A DNA stretch of 64,000 bases. It comes from Acidobacteriota bacterium. GTDB lineage: Bacteria > Acidobacteriota > Thermoanaerobaculia > Gp7-AA8. The DNA lies in NCBI GenBank assembly GCA_021781455.1, contig JAJXWV010000047.1, positions 158,120 through 222,119 on the forward strand. Direction: 5' to 3'. Shown here in pieces: positions 49,775 through 59,462 of this stretch. Position numbers and translations under genes: made by a program. Every line of letters starts with the position of its first letter. Position 1 is the stretch's first letter. A model generated the notes under the pieces. The model ran no database searches, was not told the DNA's origin, and saw only the letters and a program-made list of their open reading frames with translations.

Positions 49775-50725
49775 TCATTCCGCACCTCGATTGGCGATCG
49801 AGCCGATGAGCAGGAAGGCGAAGGCGAGGCCGAGCGGCCATTGGTAGCGGTCGATGGGGATGCGCACGCTACGCTGCCTGGCCGTGCCGCCACGAAATGC
49901 GAGAAGGGGATCGAGTGCGTGCGCCGGAAAGGGATTGGCGATGAACGTGCCACCGGTCGCGCCCGCGATCTGCTGCAGCACTTCCGGATGCGCATACGTG
50001 GTGACGACGCGGCCGGAGTCGTCGCGCAGAGGGCCGTCAGGCATCGGAATGGTGCTGCCCTGCTCCGTTCCGACGAGGATCGTGGAGATCGGCGTGCCGC
50101 GTTCGCGGGCGTGGCGAAGGGCATCACGGAGGTTCGCCCCCTGGTCCTCGCCGTCGCTGATGAGAACGATGTCCGCTCGCGTCGAGGGGTCGCTCTCCAC
50201 GACCTTCTGTGCCGCGGCCAGTGCGGCGCCGAAGTCGGAGCCGGGCTGGCCGACCTCGCCGGCCTGAATGCTGTCGAGCATCGCCACGACGGCGTCGCCA
50301 TCGTTGGTCAGGGGAGCGACCATTTCGGGCACGGCCTCGAACTCGACCAGGGCCAGCCGGCCGTTGCTGGCTTCGATGAGCCGCCTGGCGACGGCCTTGG
50401 CCGCTGTCAGGCGAGAAGTCCCGATGTCCTGCGCGCGCATGCTGTTCGAGACGTCGAGGACGATCACCCGATTGGTTTCGCGATCCGTCACCGGAACCGT
50501 GATGAACCCGCGCGACGGGCCTGCCAGCGCGACCACGGCGAGCGCCAGCGCCAGTGTCAATGCCCAGGGCCGCAGCATTCGCAGAGCGCTTGCGCCGCCA
50601 CGCAGCCGCTCCGATACGAAGCGGCGGGCGATCCGCTCCCGCACCCGCTCGCGCGAGGCCAGGAACAAAGCCGCGAACGGAACGGCCGCCAGCAGCCACA
50701 GCCACGGTGCGTAGCGGAAGGTCAT
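49775..50725 (-). CDS. BatB-like vWA domain protein
   Basis: DVSNSM MIDAS motif; SRL..AK, PLTND and SDGED motifs. Confidence 0.88.
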   Translation of the reverse strand: MTFRYAPWLWLLAAVPFAALFLASRERVRERIARRFVSERLRGGASALRMLRPWALTLALALAVVALAGPSRGFITVPVTDRETNRVIVLDVSNSMRAQDIGTSRLTAAKAVARRLIEASNGRLALVEFEAVPEMVAPLTNDGDAVVAMLDSIQAGEVGQPGSDFGAALAAAQKVVESDPSTRADIVLISDGEDQGANLRDALRHARERGTPISTILVGTEQGSTIPMPDGPLRDDSGRVVTTYAHPEVLQQIAGATGGTFIANPFPAHALDPLLAFRGGTARQRSVRIPIDRYQWPLGLAFAFLLIGSIANRGAE

Positions 50726-51729
50726 GCCGGCACCTTCTGCCAGACGGTCTCGCCGGCCAGCAGCGAGAGCGCCAGGGCCAGCAGTGCGATCGCCAGCGGG
50801 ATCGGATAGAGCTCGTCGATGCGCTCGCTCTTCGGAGCAGTCAGCCGCGTCTTCTCCAGCCTGTCAATGCGCTGCAGCACGTCGTTCATGGCCTGCGCGT
50901 CCGTGGCGCGATAGAACTCCCCGCCCGTGACCTGCGCGATCTGCTGCAGCGAGCGCTCGTCGAGCTCCCCGCGGATCGTCGTGTAGAACGTCTCGATCTG
51001 GCCGGTTAGCGGATCCTGACGCTTGATCGGCAGCGGCACCGGCCCCTCGCTTCCCACTCCGATCGTGTAGATGCGGATGCCGTAGTGCGCCGCCAGCTTC
51101 GCCGCCACGAGAGGATCGATGGAGCCGGAATTGTTCACGCCGTCGGTGACGAGGATGATGACCCGGGTGCGCGACTTCGACGTGCGCAACCGGTTGATGG
51201 CCGTGGCGATGGCGTGGCCGATGGCCGTTCCGTCGCCGTTCTCCCCCACCTCGGCCTTCTCCAGCATCGACTCGGCGATCTCGCGATCGAACGTGACCGG
51301 AACGCGCGTGGCCGCCCGCACACCGAACGTGACGATGCCGATGCGGTCGTCCGTCCGCCGCCGGATGAAATCGCCGATCAGCGCCTTGGCCACCTCGAAG
51401 CGGTTGCGCGGCCGGAAGTCCTCGGCGGCCATGCTGCCGGACGCGTCGAGGCAGACCACGATGTCGATGCCGTAGCGGTCGCTGGTGCTCATCCGGATGA
51501 CGCGCTGCGGCCGCGCCAGCGCGACGACGAGCGCCAGGGCGGCGACGCACTCCAGAAAGAACGGCAGGCCGGAGAGGCTCGCCCGGAAACTGCGGCGCAT
51601 GCCCAGGAGTGAGAAAGAGGAGAAGCCAAAGGCGCCGGTCCGATCGCGGCGGTCGCGCACGAGTACCGCGATGCGCAGCACGATCAGAAGCGCCAGCAGC
51701 AGAAGCCACGGAGAGGCCAGGCGGATCAT
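50722..51729 (-). CDS. BatA-like vWA domain protein
   Basis: ALARPQ, GIDIVVCLDASGSM, DRIG, GTAIG.A, TDGVNNSG.IDP and IYTIGVG motifs; start ATG 51729 with RBS. Confidence 0.9.
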   Translation of the reverse strand: MIRLASPWLLLLALLIVLRIAVLVRDRRDRTGAFGFSSFSLLGMRRSFRASLSGLPFFLECVAALALVVALARPQRVIRMSTSDRYGIDIVVCLDASGSMAAEDFRPRNRFEVAKALIGDFIRRRTDDRIGIVTFGVRAATRVPVTFDREIAESMLEKAEVGENGDGTAIGHAIATAINRLRTSKSRTRVIILVTDGVNNSGSIDPLVAAKLAAHYGIRIYTIGVGSEGPVPLPIKRQDPLTGQIETFYTTIRGELDERSLQQIAQVTGGEFYRATDAQAMNDVLQRIDRLEKTRLTAPKSERIDELYPIPLAIALLALALSLLAGETVWQKVPA

Positions 51730-51746
51730 GCCCCCTTCCCTCCCGG

Positions 51747-51834
51747 ATCGCAGATCGCAGATCGCAGATCGCAGGCCGGCAGAGCATTGCCGCTCGCATT
51801 GCATGCGATCTGCGATCTGCCATCTGCCATCTGC
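51747..51834. repeat. Two-armed heptamer array (GATCGCA)x4 - spacer - (TGCGATC/TGCCATC)x4
   Basis: Read directly. Confidence 0.9.
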
Positions 51835-51835
51835 C

Positions 51836-52564
51836 TCACGCCGCCTCCTCCGCGACCGGCGCTGGCTCGAACTCGTCGGGAATCGTGAGGGCCCGCTGCG
51901 CGAGGGCGGAAAAATCTCCCGGCGGTGCTCCCCAGGGCGAGAACTTTTCCAGATCGCCGCGGCGGAGGATCTCTGCGACCAACTCATGGCCACCGAGGAA
52001 AGCGAGAAGTTCCGAAGTCGTGAGGTCAGCCCCGAATCCGCGCCCGTCGAGGTAGATCCGGGTGAGATCGGCGAGAGAGGCCCACGGCTGTGCCGGCTGC
52101 CTCTCCATCAAAGACGTCACGCCCGTGCGGAAGCGCTCCGCCGGAGGGATGACCGGCACGCCGCGCGCGCGACGCAGCTCGCGACGGTGCAGCACCAGCA
52201 GCCCCGCCCAGGCCGCCGCCGCGACGAGCGCCGCCACCCCGATCGCGGCGAAGGGCGCCCGGGGCATCGGCAGGCGTTGCGGCGGCTTCAATGGCGCCGG
52301 CTGCATGGCGTCGCCGGGTGCGAGGACCGATCGCACCGGCACGACCAGGTTGCGGAAGCGGATGCCCTCGGTCGTCCCGCTCAACGCAAACGGCTTCGGC
52401 TCGAACGTCCGCACTACCGCGCGCGACCCGTGCTGCGAAACGATCTCGTAAGCCGGCGAACGGTCGAGCACCACGCTCCTCGGAAAATCGACCGTGATCC
52501 GATCGCCCACGGTCGGATGGGCCGGGTGGAAGGTGGCGGTCACGAGCAGGAGGGCAGCCAGCAT
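51836..52564 (-). CDS. Bat-operon membrane protein (hypothetical)
   Basis: TVGD.I, a single TM and LTT.ELL...D..KF pattern typical of the gene between DUF58 and batA. Confidence 0.72.
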   Translation of the reverse strand: MLAALLLVTATFHPAHPTVGDRITVDFPRSVVLDRSPAYEIVSQHGSRAVVRTFEPKPFALSGTTEGIRFRNLVVPVRSVLAPGDAMQPAPLKPPQRLPMPRAPFAAIGVAALVAAAAWAGLLVLHRRELRRARGVPVIPPAERFRTGVTSLMERQPAQPWASLADLTRIYLDGRGFGADLTTSELLAFLGGHELVAEILRRGDLEKFSPWGAPPGDFSALAQRALTIPDEFEPAPVAEEAA

Positions 52565-52568
52565 GGAA

Positions 52569-52633
52569 GTCCTGAGTCCTGAGTCCTGAGTCCTGAGTCC
52601 TGAGTGCCGAGAGCCCACTCAGGACTCAGGACT
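52569..52633. repeat. Two-armed heptamer array (GTCCTGA)x5 - spacer - (ACTCAGG)x2
   Basis: Read directly. Confidence 0.9.
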
Positions 52634-52634
52634 G

Positions 52635-53546
52635 TCATCGCCTTCTTTTCACTCTTTCCCTGAAGAACCGCAAGAGCCCCCGATCGTAGGGAATCGCGGT
52701 CGACACTTCCAGATGGTCGATGCCGGCGGTGATGAAGCGGCGCTCGAGGTCGCTGCTGCGCTGCGCCGCGCGGCGGGCCACCTCGTTGCGCCGCAGGTCC
52801 ACGAGCCGCGTCTCACCGGTCTCGTCATCGACCAGGCGCACCAGGCCGCGGTCGGGAAAGCGCTGTTCCCGCGGATCGGTGAGGGCGATCGCCACCACGT
52901 CATGGCGCCGGTTCAAACGCCGCAGGGGATTCTCGAACTCCAGGTCGAGAAAATCGGAGATGACGATGACGACCGAGCGCTTGATGGCCACGCGGTTCAT
53001 GAACGTGGCTGCCGCTGCCAGATCGGCACCACCGGCGCAGCCTCCCGTCGCCGCGGCCACGGCGGCGTGCACGAGCACCTGGGCGTGGGCGCGGCCGCGG
53101 CGCGGCGGGATGAACCGCTGTGCGCTCTTCGAGAAGAGCAGAAGCCCGACGCGATCGGAGTTCTCCACGGCCGAGAATGCGAAGACCGACACCAGCTCCG
53201 CGGCGATGTCGATCTTCCGCCAGTCCACCGAGCCGAAGGCCATCGAGCCCGAGACGTCGACGGCCACCAGGATGGTCAGGTCGCGCTCCTCGATGAATTC
53301 CTTCACGTGAGGCACGCCGCTCCGCGCGGTCACGTTCCAGTCGATGCTGCGGATGTCGTCGCCCGGCTGGTACTCGCGCACCTGCGAGAACTCGATCCCG
53401 CGGCCGTGGAACGCGGAGTGGTAATCGCCCGCGAAACCGGCGCGGATCAGCCGGGCGCTGACGATCTCCAGGTCGCTCACCCGCCTCTGCAGTGGTTTCC
53501 GCGTCTCGCGCGGCTTGCGCTTGAAGCGCTCGAACAATGAAAGCAT
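52635..53546 (-). CDS. DUF58 family protein
   Basis: G.YHS.F.G.GIEF..VREYQPGDDIR.IDWNVTAR, DVSGSM and ISDF motifs. Confidence 0.93.
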   Translation of the reverse strand: MLSLFERFKRKPRETRKPLQRRVSDLEIVSARLIRAGFAGDYHSAFHGRGIEFSQVREYQPGDDIRSIDWNVTARSGVPHVKEFIEERDLTILVAVDVSGSMAFGSVDWRKIDIAAELVSVFAFSAVENSDRVGLLLFSKSAQRFIPPRRGRAHAQVLVHAAVAAATGGCAGGADLAAAATFMNRVAIKRSVVIVISDFLDLEFENPLRRLNRRHDVVAIALTDPREQRFPDRGLVRLVDDETGETRLVDLRRNEVARRAAQRSSDLERRFITAGIDHLEVSTAIPYDRGLLRFFRERVKRRR

Positions 53547-53553
53547 GGTTTCA

Positions 53554-53648
53554 GTGCTGAGTACTGAGTGCTGAGTACTGAGTGCTGAGTACTGAGTGAC
53601 CCAAGCCGCTCGTCCGACTCAGTACTCAGCACTCAGTACTCAGCACTC
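53554..53648. repeat. Two-armed heptamer array (GTGCTGA/GTACTGA)n - spacer - (CTCAGTA/CTCAGCA)n
   Basis: Alternating 14-bp higher-order unit, same as at 6307. Confidence 0.92.
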
Positions 53649-53649
53649 G

Positions 53650-54639
53650 TCACGGTACGGGCACCGCTGCGAGAACCTTGTCGATGATGGCGTCCGCGGT
53701 CACGTTCTCCGCGGCGGCTTCGTAACTCAGGACGAGCCGGTGGCGGAGGACATCGTGAGCCACCGCCTTCACGTCCTCGGGAACGACGAAGGCACGCCCT
53801 TCGATGAATGCGTGTGCTTTGGCCACGTGTGCCAGCGCCAGCGTGGCCCGCGGTGAGGCGCCGAAGGCTACGTGCGGAGCGATGGCGGCGAGACCGTGCT
53901 GCGACGGCTGGCGCGTGGCCGTGACCAGCTGGACGGCGTAGCGGCCGATCCGGTCGTCGACGTGCACCGCGGCCGCGAGGCGAGCCACTTCGTGAATGGC
54001 GTCGAGCTGCAGCACCTTGTGAACCGCCACCGGCTCGGCGGTCGGATCGAGATAGAGGTTGAGCATGCGCAGCTCCTCGTCGGCATTCGGATAGTCGACC
54101 CGAAGCTTCATCACGAAACGATCCACCTGCGCTTCGGGCAGCGCGTAGGTCCCCTCGTGCTCGATCGGATTCTGCGTGGCGATGACCACGAACGGGTCGG
54201 GCAGCGGGTACGACGTGTTGCCGATCGTCACCTGCCGCTCCTGCATCGCCTCGAGCAGTGCGCTCTGCACCTTCGCCGGCGCGCGGTTGATCTCGTCGGC
54301 CAGGACCAGATTCGCGAAGATCGGCCCGAAGCGCGGCGTGAACGTGCGGTTCCCCGGATCGAAGATGAGCGTGCCGGTGATGTCGGCCGGAAGAAGGTCG
54401 GGCGTGAACTGGATCCGCTTGAACGAGGCGTCGATGGCACCGGCCAGCGTCTTCACCAGGAGCGTCTTGGCCAGTCCCGGCAGCCCTTCCACCAGAACGT
54501 GGCCGCGGATCAGCAGCGCGATCACCAGCCGGTCCACGACCGCCTGCTGACCGATCACCGCTCGGCCGACCTCCTGGCGAAGACGGCCGATGACCTCGTG
54601 GGAGTTGCGGAGGGCCTGTTCCGCGGCGAGTTGGTCCAT
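53650..54639 (-). CDS. moxR: MoxR family AAA+ ATPase
   Basis: EGLPGLAKT, RIQFTPDLLPAD, LADEINRAPAKVQSALLEAMQE, ATQNPIE.EGTY.LPEAQ.DRF and GASPRA motifs. Confidence 0.95.
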   Translation of the reverse strand: MDQLAAEQALRNSHEVIGRLRQEVGRAVIGQQAVVDRLVIALLIRGHVLVEGLPGLAKTLLVKTLAGAIDASFKRIQFTPDLLPADITGTLIFDPGNRTFTPRFGPIFANLVLADEINRAPAKVQSALLEAMQERQVTIGNTSYPLPDPFVVIATQNPIEHEGTYALPEAQVDRFVMKLRVDYPNADEELRMLNLYLDPTAEPVAVHKVLQLDAIHEVARLAAAVHVDDRIGRYAVQLVTATRQPSQHGLAAIAPHVAFGASPRATLALAHVAKAHAFIEGRAFVVPEDVKAVAHDVLRHRLVLSYEAAAENVTADAIIDKVLAAVPVP

Positions 54640-54659
54640 GCGCTTCGTAGTCTAAAACG

Positions 54660-54830
54660 AGATCGCAGATAGCAGATCGCAGATCGCAGATCGCAGGTGG
54701 AGATCGCAAAGGGCAGGAGGATCCGGAGTTACCCGTTACCTGACGGTTGAGTGAGCAGACAGGACGCGCCCGGCTCGCAACTCCACCTGCGATCTGCCAT
54801 CTGCCATCTGCCATCTGCCATCTGCGATCT
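54660..54830. repeat. Two-armed heptamer array (AGATCGC)n - ~77-nt spacer - (CATCTGC/GATCTGC)n
   Basis: The stem extends inward as GCAGGTGGAG / CTCCACCTGC; between the divergent moxR and rsmA genes. Confidence 0.92.
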
Positions 54831-54842
54831 AAACTGCGCAGG

Positions 54843-55616
54843 ATGTCGAAGCCGAAAAAGAAATGGGGCCAGAACTTCCTCCGCAACCGTGGCGCGGCCG
54901 AGCGCATCGTGGCGGCGGTCGAGCCGCGCGACGGCGAGATCGTCCTGGAGATCGGTCCCGGCGAAGGTGCACTCACCGAGAAGCTCCTCGACCTCGGCCG
55001 CCCGACGGTGGCCATCGAGATCGATCCCGAGCTCGCGGCGCGCATGCGCAGCCGCTTCGGCGACCGGCTGACCGTCGTCAACGCAGACGCCATCGATGCG
55101 GACCTGCCGCAGCAGCCGTACCGGGCTGTCGGCAATCTTCCCTACAACGCCGGTACGCCGATCCTCCGCCGCGTCATCGCCGATCCCCGCTGCCGCCGGG
55201 CCGTCTTCATGCTGCAGAAGGAAGTCGCCGAGCGGCTCGTGGCCCATCCAAGAGACGAGCCTTACGGATATCTGACGCTCTATGCGCAGCTGTTCGCTGA
55301 CTCCCGCATCCTGATGACGCTCGAGCCGAAGTCCTTCCACCCCGCGCCGAAAGTGCGCAGCGCGGTGGTGGTCCTGGACCCAGTGCCGCCGCGCTACACC
55401 TGCGACCGCGAACGCCTGATCGCGCTGATCAGCGCCTCCTTCCGCATGCGCCGCAAGAAACTGGTCAATAACTTGACTGATTGGCTCGACCTCTCCCGCG
55501 ATGCGGTGCACGAGGCCATCGCCGCCGCCGGCCTCCCGGAAGGCGTGCGCGCCGAGGAGATGTCGCTGCAGGAGTTCGACGCTCTCTGCCGGGCCATCGC
55601 TCACAGGGAGCTGTGA
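54843..55616 (+). CDS. rsmA: 16S rRNA adenine dimethyltransferase
   Basis: KK.WGQNFL, LEIGPGEGALT, EID, GNLPYN, MLQKEVAER and F.P.PKV.SAV motifs. Confidence 0.95.
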   Translation: MSKPKKKWGQNFLRNRGAAERIVAAVEPRDGEIVLEIGPGEGALTEKLLDLGRPTVAIEIDPELAARMRSRFGDRLTVVNADAIDADLPQQPYRAVGNLPYNAGTPILRRVIADPRCRRAVFMLQKEVAERLVAHPRDEPYGYLTLYAQLFADSRILMTLEPKSFHPAPKVRSAVVVLDPVPPRYTCDRERLIALISASFRMRRKKLVNNLTDWLDLSRDAVHEAIAAAGLPEGVRAEEMSLQEFDALCRAIAHREL

Positions 55617-55698
55617 GCGGCCTCCTATGGCCTTCGCGCTCCGCCCTCTTGCTCCAAGGGTAGAATCCGGAAATCAAGACCGACAAGGAGGCCCCATC

Positions 55699-58302
55699 GT
55701 GTCCCGAAGCATCGTCGCGATCCTCACGCTCGCTGCCGCCATCACCCTCGTCGCCCCGGCAGGAGCTTCCGCCCAGCAGACGCAGTACCCGTGCAACCTG
55801 GGCATGGTCATGAGCTGTTCGAACGGACAGTGCACCTCGACTACCGCGAATAACGGATCGAACGCCTGCACGGGCACGATCTTCACCGGCTTCGTCGCCG
55901 AGGCGAACACCGCCACCTTCACGAATTTCCAGCCGGGCATCAGCCTGACCGGCTCGCAGTGCATCGACTCCGCCGCCTTCCCCGGACAACAGGTCAATTT
56001 CGCGTGGTGCACCGGCACGGGATCGCTCGCCGCCGGAGCGAGCTTCACGTCGACAGTCACGACGAACGCGCCGGCCAATACGCAGCTCTTCGCCCTCACC
56101 GAGGTCCTCGACCCGGCCGTCCAGACGGTTCTCGGATTCGCGTACGCCGTCAACAACGCCACCGCAGGGACGTGTACGCCGGACGCAGGCGTTCCCAACG
56201 CGACCCTCGCCGGCGTGGCCTACAAACTGACGTGGAGCGCGGTTTCCGAGCCCGGCGCGACCTATATGGTCGATGAGTCCACGACGCCCGATTTCAGCGC
56301 CATCACCTCGACCCAGACCACCAGCGCCACCAGCCTGGAGTTTCAGCACACGGCGGCCGGCAGGTACTACTACCGCGTCCGCGCCACCACCTGCGGCGGA
56401 CAGCCGGGAACGTATTCCAATATCGCGTCGATCCTGGTCCAGGCGCCGCCCACGCCGTCGACGACCGGAACCACCGACGTCGTCGTTCCGTTTGGTACGA
56501 CCACGCCGTTCGTGATTCCGATGCCGATCCAGCTGCCGACCTCGGATGCCGGTTACGCCTTCTCGGCCACCACGGACCAGCCGTCCTTCTACAGCGTCAT
56601 GCCGCCGTCCGGAACAGTTCCTGCGAGCGGATTGCTGAATCTCGCCATCACGGCCAGCCCCGCCAATCTGCCGCCCGGCGCGAGCACCGGAACCCTGCTC
56701 CTCACCCTCACCCCCCCGGTCACGGCGAACCGGGTCCAACCGCTCGCCAGCACGACCGTCTCGCTGCCGGTCTCCGTCACTCTCGTCACGCCGGTCACTC
56801 CGGGCGCGAAATCGCTCCCGCCGGCGAACGCGCTGGTCATCCCTGCGGTCGGTCACCTCGTCGGCCAGGGGAACACGCCATTCGTCTCCGACGTCCGCCT
56901 GACCAACGCCAGCACGAGCGCGATCAACTACCAGGTCACGTACACGGCCGCCAACCCCAACGGCGCAACGACCGGACAGATCACTAACGTCACGGTGCAG
57001 CCCGGAACCACGATCGCGCTCAACGACGTGGCCAAGGATTTCTTCGGTGTCGGCGCGAGCGGCACCTCCGCCGATACGGGCTTGGGCGCTCTCGAGATTC
57101 GTCCGACCAACAGCGCCTCGCTGGCGACGTATGTGTCGAGCCGTACCTACGCCACGACGAGCAGCGGCACGTATGGCCAGTTCATCGCGGCCATCCCGTT
57201 CTCGCAATTCGCCAGTGCCGTTTCGCAATTGCCGGCGAACCCGTATACGCCGGCGCCGCCCAGCAATGCGACTATCAGCTTCCAGCAGGTCGCGCAGTCG
57301 GACAGGTTCCACACGAACCTCGGTCTGGTCGAGGGATCGGGCACTCCCGCGAAAGGCACCATCAACATCTACGACGATAACGGCACTCTCGTGAAGAGCG
57401 TGCCGCTCGATCTGAATCCCGGCCAGCAGACGCAGATCAGCCTCCCCGATCTCGGCGTGACGAACCTCGACGACGGCCGGATCGAGATCAAGGTCACCTC
57501 GCCCACCGGTGCGGTCACCGGCTATGCCTCGGTCGCCGACAACATCACGCACGATCCGCTGGCGGTCATTCCAGTCGTGCCATCGTCGATCCATGCCACG
57601 CGCTACGTCCTCCCAGGCATCGCCGAATACGTCTTCCCGGACGGCCGCAATTTCCACTCGGACATGCGCGTCTTCAACGGCGGGACCAACCCGGCCAACG
57701 TCACGCTCACGCTTTACGGCGCCGACGCGACAGGCAAGGCGGTCACGATTCCGGCGCCCGCGTTCACCCTCGCGCCGGGGCAGGTCGAGCGCCTCGACAA
57801 CGTCCTGGCGAACTACTTCAAGCTCGGCGCCGGCTCGAACTACGGCGGAGCGGTCGTCGCCACGTCCGACAGCGATTCCTCGCTCGTCGTTACCGGTCGC
57901 ACGTACAGCAGCAACGCCGACGGCGGCACATTCGGTCAGTTCATCCCCGGCGTCACGCCCGGCCAGGGCATCCGCCTCGGCGACCGCCCGCTGCAGATCC
58001 TTCAGCTCGAGCAGTCGGCGCAGTTCCGGTCGAACATCGGACTCGCGGAAGTGTCAGGAAACCCGGTGGACGGAAAGATCACGCTGATTCTGCCGGATGC
58101 GAAAGTAGCCCCGATCTACCCTTTCCATCTCGACGCCAACAGCTTCCTGCAACCGCCGCTCGCCAATATTCTCCCCGCCAGCACAACGGCCTATAACGTC
58201 CGCGCGATCGTCGAGGTCACGGGCGGAAGCGGAAAGCTCGCCGCGTACGGATCGGTGGTCGACAGGAAGAGCAGCGACCCGACGTACGTGCCGGCGCAGT
58301 AG
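55699..58302 (+). CDS. Large secreted beta-rich protein: Cys-rich N-terminus, FN3/BACON-like middle, duplicated ~250-aa C-terminal module
   Basis: GTG start with AAGGAGG RBS; signal peptide; YYYRVRA FN3 motif; internal repeat. Confidence 0.8.
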   Translation: MSRSIVAILTLAAAITLVAPAGASAQQTQYPCNLGMVMSCSNGQCTSTTANNGSNACTGTIFTGFVAEANTATFTNFQPGISLTGSQCIDSAAFPGQQVNFAWCTGTGSLAAGASFTSTVTTNAPANTQLFALTEVLDPAVQTVLGFAYAVNNATAGTCTPDAGVPNATLAGVAYKLTWSAVSEPGATYMVDESTTPDFSAITSTQTTSATSLEFQHTAAGRYYYRVRATTCGGQPGTYSNIASILVQAPPTPSTTGTTDVVVPFGTTTPFVIPMPIQLPTSDAGYAFSATTDQPSFYSVMPPSGTVPASGLLNLAITASPANLPPGASTGTLLLTLTPPVTANRVQPLASTTVSLPVSVTLVTPVTPGAKSLPPANALVIPAVGHLVGQGNTPFVSDVRLTNASTSAINYQVTYTAANPNGATTGQITNVTVQPGTTIALNDVAKDFFGVGASGTSADTGLGALEIRPTNSASLATYVSSRTYATTSSGTYGQFIAAIPFSQFASAVSQLPANPYTPAPPSNATISFQQVAQSDRFHTNLGLVEGSGTPAKGTINIYDDNGTLVKSVPLDLNPGQQTQISLPDLGVTNLDDGRIEIKVTSPTGAVTGYASVADNITHDPLAVIPVVPSSIHATRYVLPGIAEYVFPDGRNFHSDMRVFNGGTNPANVTLTLYGADATGKAVTIPAPAFTLAPGQVERLDNVLANYFKLGAGSNYGGAVVATSDSDSSLVVTGRTYSSNADGGTFGQFIPGVTPGQGIRLGDRPLQILQLEQSAQFRSNIGLAEVSGNPVDGKITLILPDAKVAPIYPFHLDANSFLQPPLANILPASTTAYNVRAIVEVTGGSGKLAAYGSVVDRKSSDPTYVPAQ

Positions 58303-58475
58303 CCGAACGGCAATTCCTCGAGGTGCGGCGGCGGCGCGGGCCGCCGCCGCACCGGCCGGCTGGCAGCCGGCGCTCCGCGCCGTTCCACAAGAGTTTCAGG
58401 GATTTGGTGATCCGGCTCACCTCCTCCAAATAACCCGGCACTGCTGTTGCTGTGTCCGGCGTCGGAGGTATGGAC

Positions 58476-59462
58476 ATGCCGCCTTCACGGCGCAAAACGG
58501 ACTCGCACGCGGAACCGCAGCGAATGCGGATTCTCGCCGTCGACGACGATCGCGCCTACCTCCGTTTCCTGCAGCTGCTGCTCAGGCGAGCAGGGTTCGA
58601 AGTGGCTGTCGCCCCCGACGGCGCCGCAGCGCTCCAGAAGGTGTACGAAGACCACGACATCTCGCTGGTGTTGATGGACCTCGCCATGCCCGGGATGGAC
58701 GGGATCGAGACTGTCCGCCAGCTGCGTGCGTGCGCCGATCCCTCGCTCTACGTCATTCTTCTCACCGCATACGCGGATCCCGATACCAAGCTGCGGGCGC
58801 TGAAAAACGGTCTCGATGATTTCCTCGCCAAGACCGCCAGTGCCCCGGAAATCGTGGCAAAGATCCGAAGCGCGGCCCGGCGCATCGACCTCGAAAAGCG
58901 GCTGCACCTCGAGAACGCCGCCCTTCAGGCCATGGCCCTGACCGACGAGCTCACGGGAATCGCGAACCGGCGCGCGCTCTTCGGCGCCGCCGCAGAGATG
59001 TTGCGCGTTTCCCGCCGCGTCAGCGCCGCCATCTTCGACATCGACCGTTTCAAGGACATCAACGATACGCACGGCCACCTGGCCGGCGACCGGGTCCTGG
59101 CCGGCGTCGCGCAGGCGCTCAAGGGCTGCTCGCGCGTCGGCGACCTCCTGGCGCGCTATGGCGGCGACGAGTTCGTGCTGCTCTTGCCCGAAACTTCGGA
59201 ACGCGAAGCACGCCAGATCGCCAATCGCATCCGCAAGGCCATTGCCGAGCTCGCGTGGCAATCTGCGTCAGGCGCGGGGGCCATCCGCGTCACTGCCAGC
59301 ACCGGCGTGAGCACCTCCACCTCCTCCGCCCGGCTCGAAGCGGCCGAGCTCATCGATCGCGCCGATGCCGAGCTCCTCCGCGCCAAGAAACACGTCGCCG
59401 AGAACGACCGCCCGCGTCGTCGCAAGCGCAAGGCGTCCGAGGCGCGGCCGGCGGCGGAGTGA
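58476..59462 (+). CDS. Response regulator diguanylate cyclase (REC-GGDEF)
   Basis: ILAVDDD, LMDLAMPGMDG, TDELTG..NRR, DIDRFK.IND..GH..GD and RYGGDEF motifs. Confidence 0.93.
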   Translation: MPPSRRKTDSHAEPQRMRILAVDDDRAYLRFLQLLLRRAGFEVAVAPDGAAALQKVYEDHDISLVLMDLAMPGMDGIETVRQLRACADPSLYVILLTAYADPDTKLRALKNGLDDFLAKTASAPEIVAKIRSAARRIDLEKRLHLENAALQAMALTDELTGIANRRALFGAAAEMLRVSRRVSAAIFDIDRFKDINDTHGHLAGDRVLAGVAQALKGCSRVGDLLARYGGDEFVLLLPETSEREARQIANRIRKAIAELAWQSASGAGAIRVTASTGVSTSTSSARLEAAELIDRADAELLRAKKHVAENDRPRRRKRKASEARPAAE

